Under the pieces are notes generated by a model, which was not told the DNA's origin, ran no database searches, and saw only the letters and a list, made by a program, of their open reading frames with translations. From assembly GCA_045648745.1 (NCBI GenBank), contig JAZROM010000078.1, positions 6,374 through 70,373 of the forward strand: 64,000 nucleotides of DNA, in the 5' to 3' direction. The stretch is from Acutalibacteraceae bacterium. Its GTDB lineage: Bacteria; Bacillota; Clostridia; Oscillospirales; Acutalibacteraceae. Position numbers and translations under genes: made by a program. Position 1 is the stretch's first letter; every line of letters starts with the position of its first letter. Positions 9,201 to 17,354 of the stretch are shown here, in pieces.

Positions 9201-10464
9201 TTTAGAAGGTGGTATTTTGTTTACACGGTATGCCTCTTTTCAAAATTGTACAGAAATTGAAAAAATTACACTGACAAAAGGTAGTGGTAATGCACAGAAT
9301 TACTATTACCAAGGGAACCCAAATATAGTTTACTATATCAATACACCGTGGTATATAAGTGGCTGCAGTACAGTGGTAATTGAAGAAGGCGTTACTGATA
9401 TAGGTGACTATACATTTAGCCATTGCAAAGAGTTGACAAGTGTATTTATTCGAGATGGCGTCAGAACAATTGGTGAAAATGCTTTTGAGTATTGTATCGG
9501 TTTGACAGAGGTGTCACTTCCTAATACACTTATGGATGTGTATAATGGTGAGGGCATAAGGCAAAACGCATTTTATGGCTGTACCGGTCTGTCTAAAGTG
9601 TGCTTCAATGGCACCGAAGAACAATGGTGGTATACAAGTCGCTTAGGCGGAAATTCATCTTTGACTTCTGTTGCTCATTGTGTCCATAACCATTCTTTCG
9701 ATTGGGAGATTATTTCGGAACCAACCTTTACTGAAACCGGATTTAAAACAGGAATATGTACTGTTTGTGATGGTTGTACGATGTGTAATGGTGTTCAGGA
9801 GGTAGAACTTCCGGAAATAACACTTTCAAATGAAAATGTTGCAGATGTAGATTATTTGTCAAATTTTGTTTCAGGATTCGATGCAGGCTCAACATCAATA
9901 AGTGATTATTTTGCTATAACCAATGAGGGATACTCTGTTGTTTGTGATGATGAAATAATTGCTACAGGCTCGGTAATAAGACTATCCGACAGTCAAACGG
10001 TAATCAGCGAATTTACTGCTGTCATCTTTGGCGACGTCAATAGCGACGGCTGGTATGACGGTATGGATGCAGTTATTGTATCTTGCCTTGCAAACGGAAT
10101 GCTTCCGCATGACGATGTCAGCGAAGCTGTTTATATGGCTGCCGACTGCAACCACGACGGTGTAATTGATCAACTTGATGTTGATTTGCTCAATCAGGCA
10201 GGCGCGCTTCTTGCAAATGTTGACCAGTCAAAGTCTGCAGAGGTTCTTCTTGAAACATCATCAGCTTATGTGAAATATCTCGACCTCATCGATCAGTCAT
10301 TTGAGATTGACGTTGAAGACGAGGAAGATTCAACAACGCCCGACACAGAAGAAAATGTTGAAGAGACAGAACCAAGTCAGGACAATTTCTTCTCTTTCAT
10401 TCTTGATTTTGTTGAATTCTTCAAACAAATTTTCAACTTCATTCTTGAATTCATCAACAATTGA
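6232..10464 (+). CDS. Giant secreted surface protein, paralog of gene 1: signal/TM anchor, helical N-region, Big_2, long BspA-type LRR array, Cys-rich segment, type I dockerin, acidic linker, Phe-rich C-terminal helix
   Basis: The N-terminus is 'MKKRIISIFLLIVIVMGVATTAIVSSLA'. The Big_2-like segment is 'YYSSSDPSVATVNSYGNIVAVSHGETTITAY'. The 'IPDSVT.IG..AF..C..L' LRR unit occurs many times. The dockerin is 'GDVNSDGWYDGMDA...ADCNHDGVIDQLDV'. By eye, the 3' approx 300 nt are highly similar to 4920-5230. Confidence 0.9.
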   Translation: MKKRIISIFLLIVIVMGVATTAIVSSLASDTEDELYDYAKFEVDYLMNRVEYNGDILNGSANVYDMVIKDDFFNHDFYEYLQDHPVLREITVTQVQLYDNDINLIAHPEHFYSVVLMDILQSQDLQDLSKDSLKSTVSSDVDRIIQMTFAEDCDNLIDNLGIKNVSQLKAATLGDLPNETINKIVDNIADVTSAHIGVKDLSGILGYALDIYGSVENVVNKIDSLYAIAGYNLKAIEALMQISYRTDDPYLKMAANDIIGIYSEMDSADEVAEIMSIAGQTATGYAVDKLLYYSTKFAVGALCTAVGNVLVAWDVGTSIANICFKVNDLNTGYFLVEAATVVEDVFRRYLSSCSDNYLSSGSLIDAERCRTAYKLVLTTQYYSNEIMRELGYTIANNVAIWSAIRSLFGCASYQDVEDICNSTRNIIEQRYYNWVALAQKMYKTIYGVSFSHAISLQSTPVSSISFKTGSYTLFVNEGVCNTATAYPTNAVDREVYYSSSDPSVATVNSYGNIVAVSHGETTITAYTLNGTKATCKITVLPYKVSLIDDERYRLDKYIGGAIAANIPSASSTGVPVTSIADNAFEGSSVTSVTIPDSVTSIGDSAFAYCNGLISIEIGDGVTIIRGSAFDCCDSLMDVYYTGDISGWCAISFGSRSANPMYYAENVYLDGKLIDGEVIIPDSVTSIGDYTFSGCTGLKSISIGSGVTYIGDFAFFDCFNLACFTVDSDNPTYLSDECGVLFNKDKTYIVQYPIDNPITAYVIPDTVVGWGQIAFAGCKGIEELSIPVSAPIYDDNYLNARAFKGCTVKKIIITVGNGTENEWPRVVHYDYTPWYITGCSEIVIEDGVKCIDEGMFRECTELISVTIGNSVTLIGISAFEYCTSLVNITIPDSVTEIGSCSFMGCESLESISIPDSVKVLGGTSFYECYNLKNVKLGNGITQIECATFAYCHKLESIIIPDSVTYIDGNAFRDCTGLKELTMPISAELYNDLEGGILFTRYASFQNCTEIEKITLTKGSGNAQNYYYQGNPNIVYYINTPWYISGCSTVVIEEGVTDIGDYTFSHCKELTSVFIRDGVRTIGENAFEYCIGLTEVSLPNTLMDVYNGEGIRQNAFYGCTGLSKVCFNGTEEQWWYTSRLGGNSSLTSVAHCVHNHSFDWEIISEPTFTETGFKTGICTVCDGCTMCNGVQEVELPEITLSNENVADVDYLSNFVSGFDAGSTSISDYFAITNEGYSVVCDDEIIATGSVIRLSDSQTVISEFTAVIFGDVNSDGWYDGMDAVIVSCLANGMLPHDDVSEAVYMAADCNHDGVIDQLDVDLLNQAGALLANVDQSKSAEVLLETSSAYVKYLDLIDQSFEIDVEDEEDSTTPDTEENVEETEPSQDNFFSFILDFVEFFKQIFNFILEFINN

Positions 10465-10480
10465 TTCAATCATTATTAGC

Positions 10481-10520
10481 CCCCGGCACCGACTTTGTCG
10501 GTGTCGGGGTTTTGTTGTTT
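10481..10520 (+). terminator. Intrinsic terminator of the second giant surface-protein gene
   Basis: The hairpin ccccggcaccga-cttt-gtcggtgtcgggg is followed by ttttgttgttt. Confidence 0.8.
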
Positions 10521-10527
10521 CAAGATC

Positions 10528-10807
10528 AAAAAAACCACGAACCACGTGAGGCAAAACAACAAACCACGACGATTTTCACGTCAGTTGAAAACGACTTTTG
10601 CATTGGTTCTCCTTGCTTTTTGATGTATTCAGGTCAAAAAACCACGAGACCACGTGACAATTCACCTCTTTTTATTAACACATTCTCGCCGCCAAGAACA
10701 CGTCATTTCCACCACTATAGGAGACCGCTTGCACGGTCTCCGTTTTTTCTTGGGATTTCCTTGCATTTTGTCTCTCGCGTTCTCTTCTCGCCGCGAACTT
10801 TCGGCGT
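10528..10807 (+). repeat. Copy B of the repeated intergenic element (5' portion only)
   Basis: It aligns nearly base-for-base with 5443-5722, including both ccacg..ccacgtga motifs and the internal hairpin ggagaccgcttgcacggtctcc. Similarity is lost after 'ctttcggcgt'. Confidence 0.85.
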
Positions 10808-10998
10808 GAGGTTGATAAACTTCTTGGCGCTTCACAGGACGCGGAGATAAACAGGTTGTATAACGAGATGTGTTCTATTGGGAATTACAAGGAATCATTA
10901 TCAATTTATGCTGCTAAAAACGTTAAAGAGTTTATAGCAGGTTGATTGAATTGCGCGGTCAAAATTTGAAAAAATTGATAAAGAGGAGATAAAAAAGT

Positions 10999-11240
10999 AT
11001 GTCAGATAAATTAATAAGAATTGACGACGAGCGTGGGAAAGCCGTTTTTTACGAACCTTTATTGACGACAATGGAAATCCCCGCAAAAAAGAAATAGAAA
11101 TTAATCTGCCTGAACAGCCAATGGTTGAAGGGGGGGTGAAAAGAATAGGCTTTGATGATGAGGGCAAAATGTATGAAACTGAAGAGGTTATCAGTTTTCC
11201 GATGTCCGTGCCACTGACGGATACAAGTGAAACTGAATAA
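10999..11240 (+). pseudogene. Small ORF interrupted by a frameshift at an A6 tract (32 codons then stop; the reading frame continues in the +2 frame for about 47 more codons)
   Basis: The RBS agaggaga precedes the ATG at 10999. The product 'MSDKLIRIDDERGKAVFYEPLLTTMEIPAKKK*' stops at 11095-11097, right after the A6 run (11085-11090). Adding one A would give '...PAKKEIEINLPEQPMVEGGVKRIGFDDEGKMYETEEVISFPMSVPLTDTSETE*', ending at 11240. Confidence 0.35.
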
Positions 11241-11389
11241 TTTTCTGCAAAGTTCTTACGAAACAATCATCAAATATTTTTTTAGGAACAAAAGAATCAT
11301 AAAAAAAGGCTTACCTCCTGAATTGCCCCAAATTGAACGGATAGCACAAAAAAGACCTTTATGGTAGTAAAAATTTATATTTTAATAAT

Positions 11390-11428
11390 CAGTAACACCC
11401 CTGTGCACATTGCACAGGGGTGTTACTG
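11390..11428 (-). terminator. Strong intrinsic terminator closing the minus-strand kinase operon
   Basis: The stem cagtaacacccctgtgca / tgcacaggggtgttactg is a perfect 18 bp. On the minus strand it is followed by attattaaaatat, 28 nt after the stop codon at 11456. Confidence 0.8.
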
Positions 11429-11455
11429 ATGTGATAAATAAGGGTTGCTTGTTTA

Positions 11456-13420
11456 TCAGGAAAATGGGTAATTAATATGGATTACATCTGATACAGTTTT
11501 TCCGTCTTCAAATGTAGCTGTAGCGGTTATTTTGTGTCGTCCCGATTCAAATATTTCTGCGTTGAAAATCCAAGTGGTATTATCAACCTTCATCATAGAC
11601 ATACTGTCGTAGTAGTTTCCGTTTACTTCATCTGACAGTTCTATTGCAGTTACACCGGGTGAAGTGGTTGCTTTTAAAATAGCATTTTGGCCGTTAGGCT
11701 TGGGCGGGTTTATGACATTGAATGTAAGTTCCACCGAATGGCTTGGAACGGTGACCTGCTCGGTTGTGGTGGTTGTTGTGGTGGTCGAAGAGGGCTGGGG
11801 TTTAGATGGTGTCGTTGCTTCGGTGTTTTTTTCTGGTGTTGTAAAGCTATACGTCGGGCTTATGTAGGATTGGCCGTCAGCAACAACATATAACTTGTAA
11901 TAATATGTCGTGTCAGGTATGAGGTTATAATTGTATTTACTCATTAAAAATTTTAAATTTATGTAGTTTGAATTAATATTGACAATATCGGGTTTTTCGA
12001 CCTTACGCATATCGGATTCGTTTGTTCCGATATAAAAGCCACCTTCTGAGCATTTTACTTTTGATGAAAAATTGATTGTACCACTTATCTGTGCGTTGGT
12101 TTGACTTAACTGCGTTGTTTTGACCGTTCTCCAATCGAAAGATAGCGATTGAAGCGAGTTACTTGAAGTCAGACCGGAAACAGGTAAGTCAGTGATATCG
12201 GAAGGCTCTGAACTTGTGGAAATTAAATCATCAGAAGACGGATTTATATCGTTTTCTTTGTTTTTACTCAAAATGGAAGAAAGTGCAATGATGGCAATTA
12301 AGCCTATAACCACGAAGCTGACGACTGCATTTCGTGTGCGTGTTTTCGGCTTTTGTGTATCTTCGGCTTTTTGCTCATTTTGAGTGTCGAGTAGATCCGA
12401 TTGTGTCATTTCAGCCACAAAATTTTCAAAAGAGTCGACATTTTGGTCGGGCATAGACTGTGAATTAAAGTAAGCGTTAAATTCAGGAGTTTTTTTGATT
12501 TCCTCAAGCATTTCTTTGTATGAACCGAAGCGGTCTTTCGGATAAAGACTAAGTGCTTTTACAACGATTGCTTTGAGCTGATTCGAACCGTTTTCAGGAT
12601 AAGGACATTGTTGGTTTTTTCGCATAAGACGGTTTCGGGGATCGGAAAAGGGATAGCTGCCGTTATTTAAGTAATAGTACATAGTTGCAGCGACAGAATA
12701 CATATCACTCTTTGAAATATCAATATAATCCCTCTGAGGCGTAGTTCTTTCTTCGTAAGCATCCTTGAGCGCAAACCATTCAGGCGCAGTTGTGGGCAGC
12801 GATCCCCTTATATTCTGAGTGGTTGTATCGCCGTTTTCGTTAATGTGAGTAATGGTTCCGAAGTCACCGAGACGAAAACCTTTGGTAATATCATTATCGA
12901 TGACAAAAATATTTCCAGATTTTATGTCTCTGAAAAGAATACGCTCGTCTTGGCATCGTGCCAACAGAACGATAAGACTGTAGCCGAGTCTTAATGCGAG
13001 TTCAGGATATTTTTCTCGGGGAAGTGTATTATGAAAAAGTTCAAGACACGTTCTGTATTTTTCAATAAGACAGTACAATTTGTTCTTGCCCTCTGTAATG
13101 AAATGCCATTCAATCTTGCAGATCAGTTCTTCGCAGCCAATTTCAACAAGACGTGCACTGGCATCGATTATTTTTTCAAATCGATTTGCAATGTCTTCTT
13201 GTTTATTATCTTGATCATAAATAATTTTCAAAACATATTTTTCAGAGGCGTTAGGTGTGTTGAGGTGATACACGAGAACTTGTCCGCCCTGTGCTATAAA
13301 ATCGCTGACCGTTGCATTTTTAAAAAGTGAACGGTCCGACAACTTATATTCTAAATGTTCGTTAATAGACTCTGTTTCGTCCAAAGTAAGTCGAATGTAG
13401 TCTTTTCCTTGCATAAACAT
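11456..13420 (-). CDS. Membrane Hanks-type Ser/Thr protein kinase with an extracellular FN3/Ig-like region (no PASTA domains)
   Basis: The start was re-picked at the 'MFMQGK' ATG (13420), with RBS aggagg 10 nt upstream. The longer ORF to 13564 would overlap the upstream gene. Kinase motifs are 'YVLKI', 'FRDIKSGNIF', 'LGDFGT' and 'TAPEW'. The TM segment is 'VVSFVVIGLIAIIALSSIL'. A poly-Thr linker and beta-rich C-terminal domains follow. Confidence 0.85.
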   Translation of the reverse strand: MFMQGKDYIRLTLDETESINEHLEYKLSDRSLFKNATVSDFIAQGGQVLVYHLNTPNASEKYVLKIIYDQDNKQEDIANRFEKIIDASARLVEIGCEELICKIEWHFITEGKNKLYCLIEKYRTCLELFHNTLPREKYPELALRLGYSLIVLLARCQDERILFRDIKSGNIFVIDNDITKGFRLGDFGTITHINENGDTTTQNIRGSLPTTAPEWFALKDAYEERTTPQRDYIDISKSDMYSVAATMYYYLNNGSYPFSDPRNRLMRKNQQCPYPENGSNQLKAIVVKALSLYPKDRFGSYKEMLEEIKKTPEFNAYFNSQSMPDQNVDSFENFVAEMTQSDLLDTQNEQKAEDTQKPKTRTRNAVVSFVVIGLIAIIALSSILSKNKENDINPSSDDLISTSSEPSDITDLPVSGLTSSNSLQSLSFDWRTVKTTQLSQTNAQISGTINFSSKVKCSEGGFYIGTNESDMRKVEKPDIVNINSNYINLKFLMSKYNYNLIPDTTYYYKLYVVADGQSYISPTYSFTTPEKNTEATTPSKPQPSSTTTTTTTTEQVTVPSHSVELTFNVINPPKPNGQNAILKATTSPGVTAIELSDEVNGNYYDSMSMMKVDNTTWIFNAEIFESGRHKITATATFEDGKTVSDVIHINYPFS

Positions 13421-13446
13421 ATTACTGATACCTCCTGATATATCTG

Positions 13447-15468
13447 TTACGCAAATGGTGAAAACAAATCTTGCTTCTGTACAGAAGGAAAGGTGTCGTT
13501 TGAGAAAAATGTCTCCAACACGTTTTCGAGGATTGGCAGTTCTTCTAAATGTGTTGTCATACAAGATTCAATTAATGAGTGGGAGTCCTTGCCTAACAAC
13601 TTGATAGACTTATTCCACAGGTCAACTAAGCAGGTGCCGTGCTCCTCAAGGTCGTTTGAGTTGCCCAGAAAAATGCTTTTGGAAGGTTTAATACGAATAG
13701 TGTGGCACGTATCAAAAAAGCGTGGAGCCTTATCATATACGCTAACACAACAGTTATTGCGGTCGGTATGAATTTCAATATGACCCTTTTGTGAATCAAT
13801 AGAATCGGCACCAATATAAATGGTATTATTGATGATTTTAATACCGTTTAACAGGCTATGCTTATTGTTATTAAATCTGCCGATTTTAACACTATCAAAT
13901 GCTGATTTGCGAATGTCAATTAACATACCGCTTTCTTCGTCATTAATTGTTTTGTAGTAGACTCCGCGCCTGTTTGTCTTTTTAATATTGAAGTAATTAC
14001 GCAGAGAACGATTGAAAAAGAAAGAGGCAATGTCTTGTTGTTGGTTATCCGTAAAAATACCGAGTTTTACTTTTCCGGATGGGTATATAACAAGTCCTTT
14101 ACCGTGGCGGTTTCCGTAATTAAACTCTCCCGAGTAGCAGCAGATACCATTATCAGTATTTATAACAGTACCTTTTACATGCGGGTATCCATCGGATATT
14201 TCACCGATATAAACATTATAATTGTGATTGGGATCATTTTTATAAACATATACTCCGACACCGCTTCTTTTGTCATCTGCAAAGCTACCGATATAAACAT
14301 CATCTTTACAAACCAGAATACCTTTACCGTGACGTTTGTTGTTCGAAAACTCGCCGATATAAACCTCACCGTTAGAGCAACAGATAGTACCGTGACCGTG
14401 CATTTTTCCGAAGACTACAGTTCCGTAATAAGTATCGCCATTGCCCAAAATAAGTGTTTCATAAGACTTTTTAACAACAGGCTGTTTGTTGACGCGGTTA
14501 AGAAGAGACGTTGTTTTAATGTATGATTCGTATTCAGTTGTTTTTTTGATTTCCTCAAGCATTTCTTCGTATGAACCGAAGCGGTCTTTCGGATAAAGAC
14601 TAAGTGCTTTTACAACGATTGCTTTGAGCTGTTTTGATCCATTTTGGGGAGGCGGGCATGATTTGTCTTCGCCCATTAAGCGATTACGCGTATCGCTGAA
14701 CGGATATTCTTCGTTGTTAAGATAATAGTATACTGTTGCTGCAAGAGAATACATATCACTCTTTGAAATGTCATCAAAATCAGCTGAAGGTTCGCTGTTT
14801 GTTTCACACGCAGCGCCAAGAGCAAACCATTCAGGGGCAGTAGTGGAAAGAGTGCCTCTCAGGTTCTGTGTTGTGGTACCACCTTTTTCATCAATATGAG
14901 TAACAGTACCGAAGTCACCAAGACAGATTCCGCTGGAGAGGCCGTTACCTTTAAGGAAAAGATTTTCCGCTTTTATATCTCGATGGATAAGCTTATTTTT
15001 TTGACAGTGGCACAATAATTCAAGAACATCAACAGCAACTCTGATTGCGATTTCGGGATATTTATCGCGAGTAACAGTATTCTGATGCTCTTTGAGGCAG
15101 ATCCGGCGTTTTTCTACAAGACAATATAACCGATTTTTATCTTCGGTAATAAAATGCCATTCGATTTTGCAGATTAATTCTGTGCAGCCATTTTCGACAA
15201 GGCACGCACTGGCATCGATTATTTTACTGTATCGACTTGTAACTTCCGCTTGGTTGTTGTAATTAAAAAAGATTTTTAAAACATATTTTTCAGAAGTGTC
15301 AGGTGTATCGAGATTATACACAAGTACTTGTCCGCCCTGTGCGATGAAGTCACCAACCGTTGCTTTTTTAAAAATTGAACGGTTCGTCGACTTATATGCA
15401 AAATGGTTATTGATTGACTCGATTTCATCATCAGAGAGTCGGATATGGTTTTGACCGTATGTAATCAT
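13447..15468 (-). CDS. Cytoplasmic Hanks-type Ser/Thr protein kinase with C-terminal MORN repeats
   Basis: The RBS aggggg is present. Kinase motifs are 'YVLKI', 'HRDIKAENLF', 'LGDFGT' and 'TAPEW'. There are at least 4 MORN-like units ('YIGEFSNNKRHGKGI', 'YIGSFADDKRSGVGV', 'YSGEFNYGNRHGKGL'; approx nt 14061-14436). No TM segment was seen. Confidence 0.85.
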   Translation of the reverse strand: MITYGQNHIRLSDDEIESINNHFAYKSTNRSIFKKATVGDFIAQGGQVLVYNLDTPDTSEKYVLKIFFNYNNQAEVTSRYSKIIDASACLVENGCTELICKIEWHFITEDKNRLYCLVEKRRICLKEHQNTVTRDKYPEIAIRVAVDVLELLCHCQKNKLIHRDIKAENLFLKGNGLSSGICLGDFGTVTHIDEKGGTTTQNLRGTLSTTAPEWFALGAACETNSEPSADFDDISKSDMYSLAATVYYYLNNEEYPFSDTRNRLMGEDKSCPPPQNGSKQLKAIVVKALSLYPKDRFGSYEEMLEEIKKTTEYESYIKTTSLLNRVNKQPVVKKSYETLILGNGDTYYGTVVFGKMHGHGTICCSNGEVYIGEFSNNKRHGKGILVCKDDVYIGSFADDKRSGVGVYVYKNDPNHNYNVYIGEISDGYPHVKGTVINTDNGICCYSGEFNYGNRHGKGLVIYPSGKVKLGIFTDNQQQDIASFFFNRSLRNYFNIKKTNRRGVYYKTINDEESGMLIDIRKSAFDSVKIGRFNNNKHSLLNGIKIINNTIYIGADSIDSQKGHIEIHTDRNNCCVSVYDKAPRFFDTCHTIRIKPSKSIFLGNSNDLEEHGTCLVDLWNKSIKLLGKDSHSLIESCMTTHLEELPILENVLETFFSNDTFPSVQKQDLFSPFA

Positions 15469-15503
15469 TTTGGGTACCCCCTAAAAAATTCTGTTAAATA
15501 GAT

Positions 15504-16244
15504 TTAAAACTCCAGGAAAATAGCGGAATAGTCATCATTGTGAATTCTGGTGATTTCGTTATCAATAAACACATATAAGTCTTTGTTGTCAGTCAGATGT
15601 CCTTTTTGCCATTCACTAAAAATATGTGAAGCAATGTGTTGCTCAGGGTTGTCAGATGTTGGTTTAACCCCGTCAGACATTAGCAGGATAGCCTTGAAAG
15701 ATTCTATGGGAAAACGGGATACCCTCATAAAGTCTACAGCATCATCGTCTACCGTAAAATGAGTCTGATTACGGAATCCCATAATATTGTCTGCTGTGGA
15801 AATACACTTGATCTCATTGTTTTTTGTAAGGCCGAAAACTTCACCGTCTCCAAGATGAAGGATGAGGAACTCTTTGTCCGAAACAACAACTCCGATAAAC
15901 GTTGCACAGAAATCGCGAAGATCAGAATCAGTTAAAAACATTCTTCCAGACAAATTCACTATCGCCTGTCTGCAATACATGACAACATCTTCGCCAATCT
16001 CTTTATTGTCAAGACGGACAAGGTCATTTAACGAATATTTTTCAGTGTATTTGCGCATGTAATTAAAAAAAGCGTTGACATTTGTAAAAGCAGCAAGGTC
16101 CGCAAATCTGGCTGAACCGGCACCGTCACTGAGGGCGGCGGTAATATAATTGTCATAAGTAGGCATTATTGCACAAAAATCCTGGCAAGGTTTGTTTGCA
16201 CAAGCATGCTTGGAACTTGTTATGCAGGCTTTATATATATTCAT
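15504..16244 (-). CDS. PP2C-family protein phosphatase (PP2C_2-like)
   Basis: The RBS aaggag is present. Motifs are 'CQDFCAI', 'ALSDGAGSARFADLAA' and 'LLMSDGV'. Confidence 0.7.
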   Translation of the reverse strand: MNIYKACITSSKHACANKPCQDFCAIMPTYDNYITAALSDGAGSARFADLAAFTNVNAFFNYMRKYTEKYSLNDLVRLDNKEIGEDVVMYCRQAIVNLSGRMFLTDSDLRDFCATFIGVVVSDKEFLILHLGDGEVFGLTKNNEIKCISTADNIMGFRNQTHFTVDDDAVDFMRVSRFPIESFKAILLMSDGVKPTSDNPEQHIASHIFSEWQKGHLTDNKDLYVFIDNEITRIHNDDYSAIFLEF

Positions 16245-16263
16245 ATAAATACTCCTTGAGCAA

Positions 16264-17343
16264 TTAAATTGGCAAGATCGATTCTATATCAATTTCCTCT
16301 TCTGTAAAAATTTGTGACAGAGGATATGACATTAATCTGTTACGGATGTAATAATATAACGTTATTGTGCTTTCCTCTTTATTATTATAACAGTCTTTTG
16401 TGTCCGGTTGCATAAAATGGGATAAAATATAAATTAAAGCACTTTCGAAAGGATCAATGGTAGAAAGCAGAGAATAGTCAGCAGCATTAAATATTTCGTT
16501 TATTTCATCTAACTGTAATTCCATGCAAAGCATCAGACAAAGCAAATCGTGTCGTAAAGGCAAGACAGGAAAAGTGTCGTCAAAGATACAACTGCAATTA
16601 TCGATAACAGAAGCCGGAACAGAGTGTTCGGAACAGAATGCTTGAAAGTTATCATATCCGCAGTTTATAAGCTTTTCTGTAAGGCTTTGACGTACCTTAG
16701 ATGCAGTTAACTGATTGTTACATAATGAAGAAAAATAAGTTGAACAGAAAACGGCGTCGTGACTATACTCAAAATCAGAGGTTAAAGATATATCACATTT
16801 TTTTTTATGGATTACTCTTGCTAATCTTTTGTATTTTGGCATGCACGACGAAAAAACATATTGTTTTTCGGTATTTTTATAGTCTTGTTCATCCCGTTTG
16901 GCGAGGTTTAGAAGATATATATATATTACATCCTCGGGGGTATCCGGATTAAGAGGTTCAAAACCAAAGGTTTTCAGCAAATCAGAACAAGAAAGGGAAT
17001 CTTCGGTTGGTTTTAGTGGGTCAAGACCGTAGAGACAAGAAAGGGATATAAAATATTCACGTCGTTTTGGTTGGGAGTGGAACCATTTTGAAACGGTATT
17101 CAGGCTTACACAACAGGTTTCTGACAGTTTGTTTTTACTGGTTATAAAAATCCCTGTGAAACGGTTATAAAAAAGAATTTGCCATTTATCGTCATTCGTA
17201 TGGTTGTATACACTTCTTTCCGGGTCTAAAAGACGGAGGAAGCTCATATCGGACTTGCACCGGAGAATGTCGCTGTATTTACGAAATTCTCCGGAATTTG
17301 ACTGTGAACTACAGTTGTGTGTATCTGTCATTGTTTTCACCAT
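16264..17343 (-). CDS. Uncharacterized protein with two HTH-like (XRE-type) segments; paralog of 17355-18482
   Basis: It shares blocks with its neighbour: 'VSKWFHSQPKRREYFISLSCLYGL' versus 'VRKWKSEPPKIREHFVALCCYFGL', and 'DPFESALIYIL' versus 'NPFEAALIYTL'. The start is uncertain (ATG at 17343 or 17331). The ORF-track start at 17382 overlaps the upstream gene. Confidence 0.6.
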   Translation of the reverse strand: MVKTMTDTHNCSSQSNSGEFRKYSDILRCKSDMSFLRLLDPERSVYNHTNDDKWQILFYNRFTGIFITSKNKLSETCCVSLNTVSKWFHSQPKRREYFISLSCLYGLDPLKPTEDSLSCSDLLKTFGFEPLNPDTPEDVIYIYLLNLAKRDEQDYKNTEKQYVFSSCMPKYKRLARVIHKKKCDISLTSDFEYSHDAVFCSTYFSSLCNNQLTASKVRQSLTEKLINCGYDNFQAFCSEHSVPASVIDNCSCIFDDTFPVLPLRHDLLCLMLCMELQLDEINEIFNAADYSLLSTIDPFESALIYILSHFMQPDTKDCYNNKEESTITLYYYIRNRLMSYPLSQIFTEEEIDIESILPI

Positions 17344-17354
17344 GTTTATAGTTA

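Noticed and set aside
8081-9423. Numerous 60-80-aa ORFs on both strands inside the giant LRR genes (for example 8081-8266, 8305-8544, 8718-8912, 9202-9423), and similar ones inside other long CDSs
   Set aside because: All are nested in, or antisense to, long well-supported CDSs with clear domain content. They have no RBS and their composition is typical of off-frame translation of repeat-rich coding DNA.
10901-11266. 121-aa minus-strand ORF in the 10.85-11.45 kb intergenic region
   Set aside because: It has no RBS and lies antisense to the RBS-bearing (frameshifted) small plus-strand ORF. It would be transcribed from beyond the strong operon terminator at 11390-11428.
13421-13564. The N-terminal 48 codons of the ORF-track kinase model (11456-13564), overlapping the upstream kinase gene
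   Set aside because: The extension overlaps 13447-15468 by 118 nt, has no RBS and shows no similarity to the paralog's N-terminus. The internal ATG at 13420 has an AGGAGG RBS and aligns with the paralog's start ('ITYGQNHIRLSDDEIESIN' versus 'MQGKDYIRLTLDETESIN').
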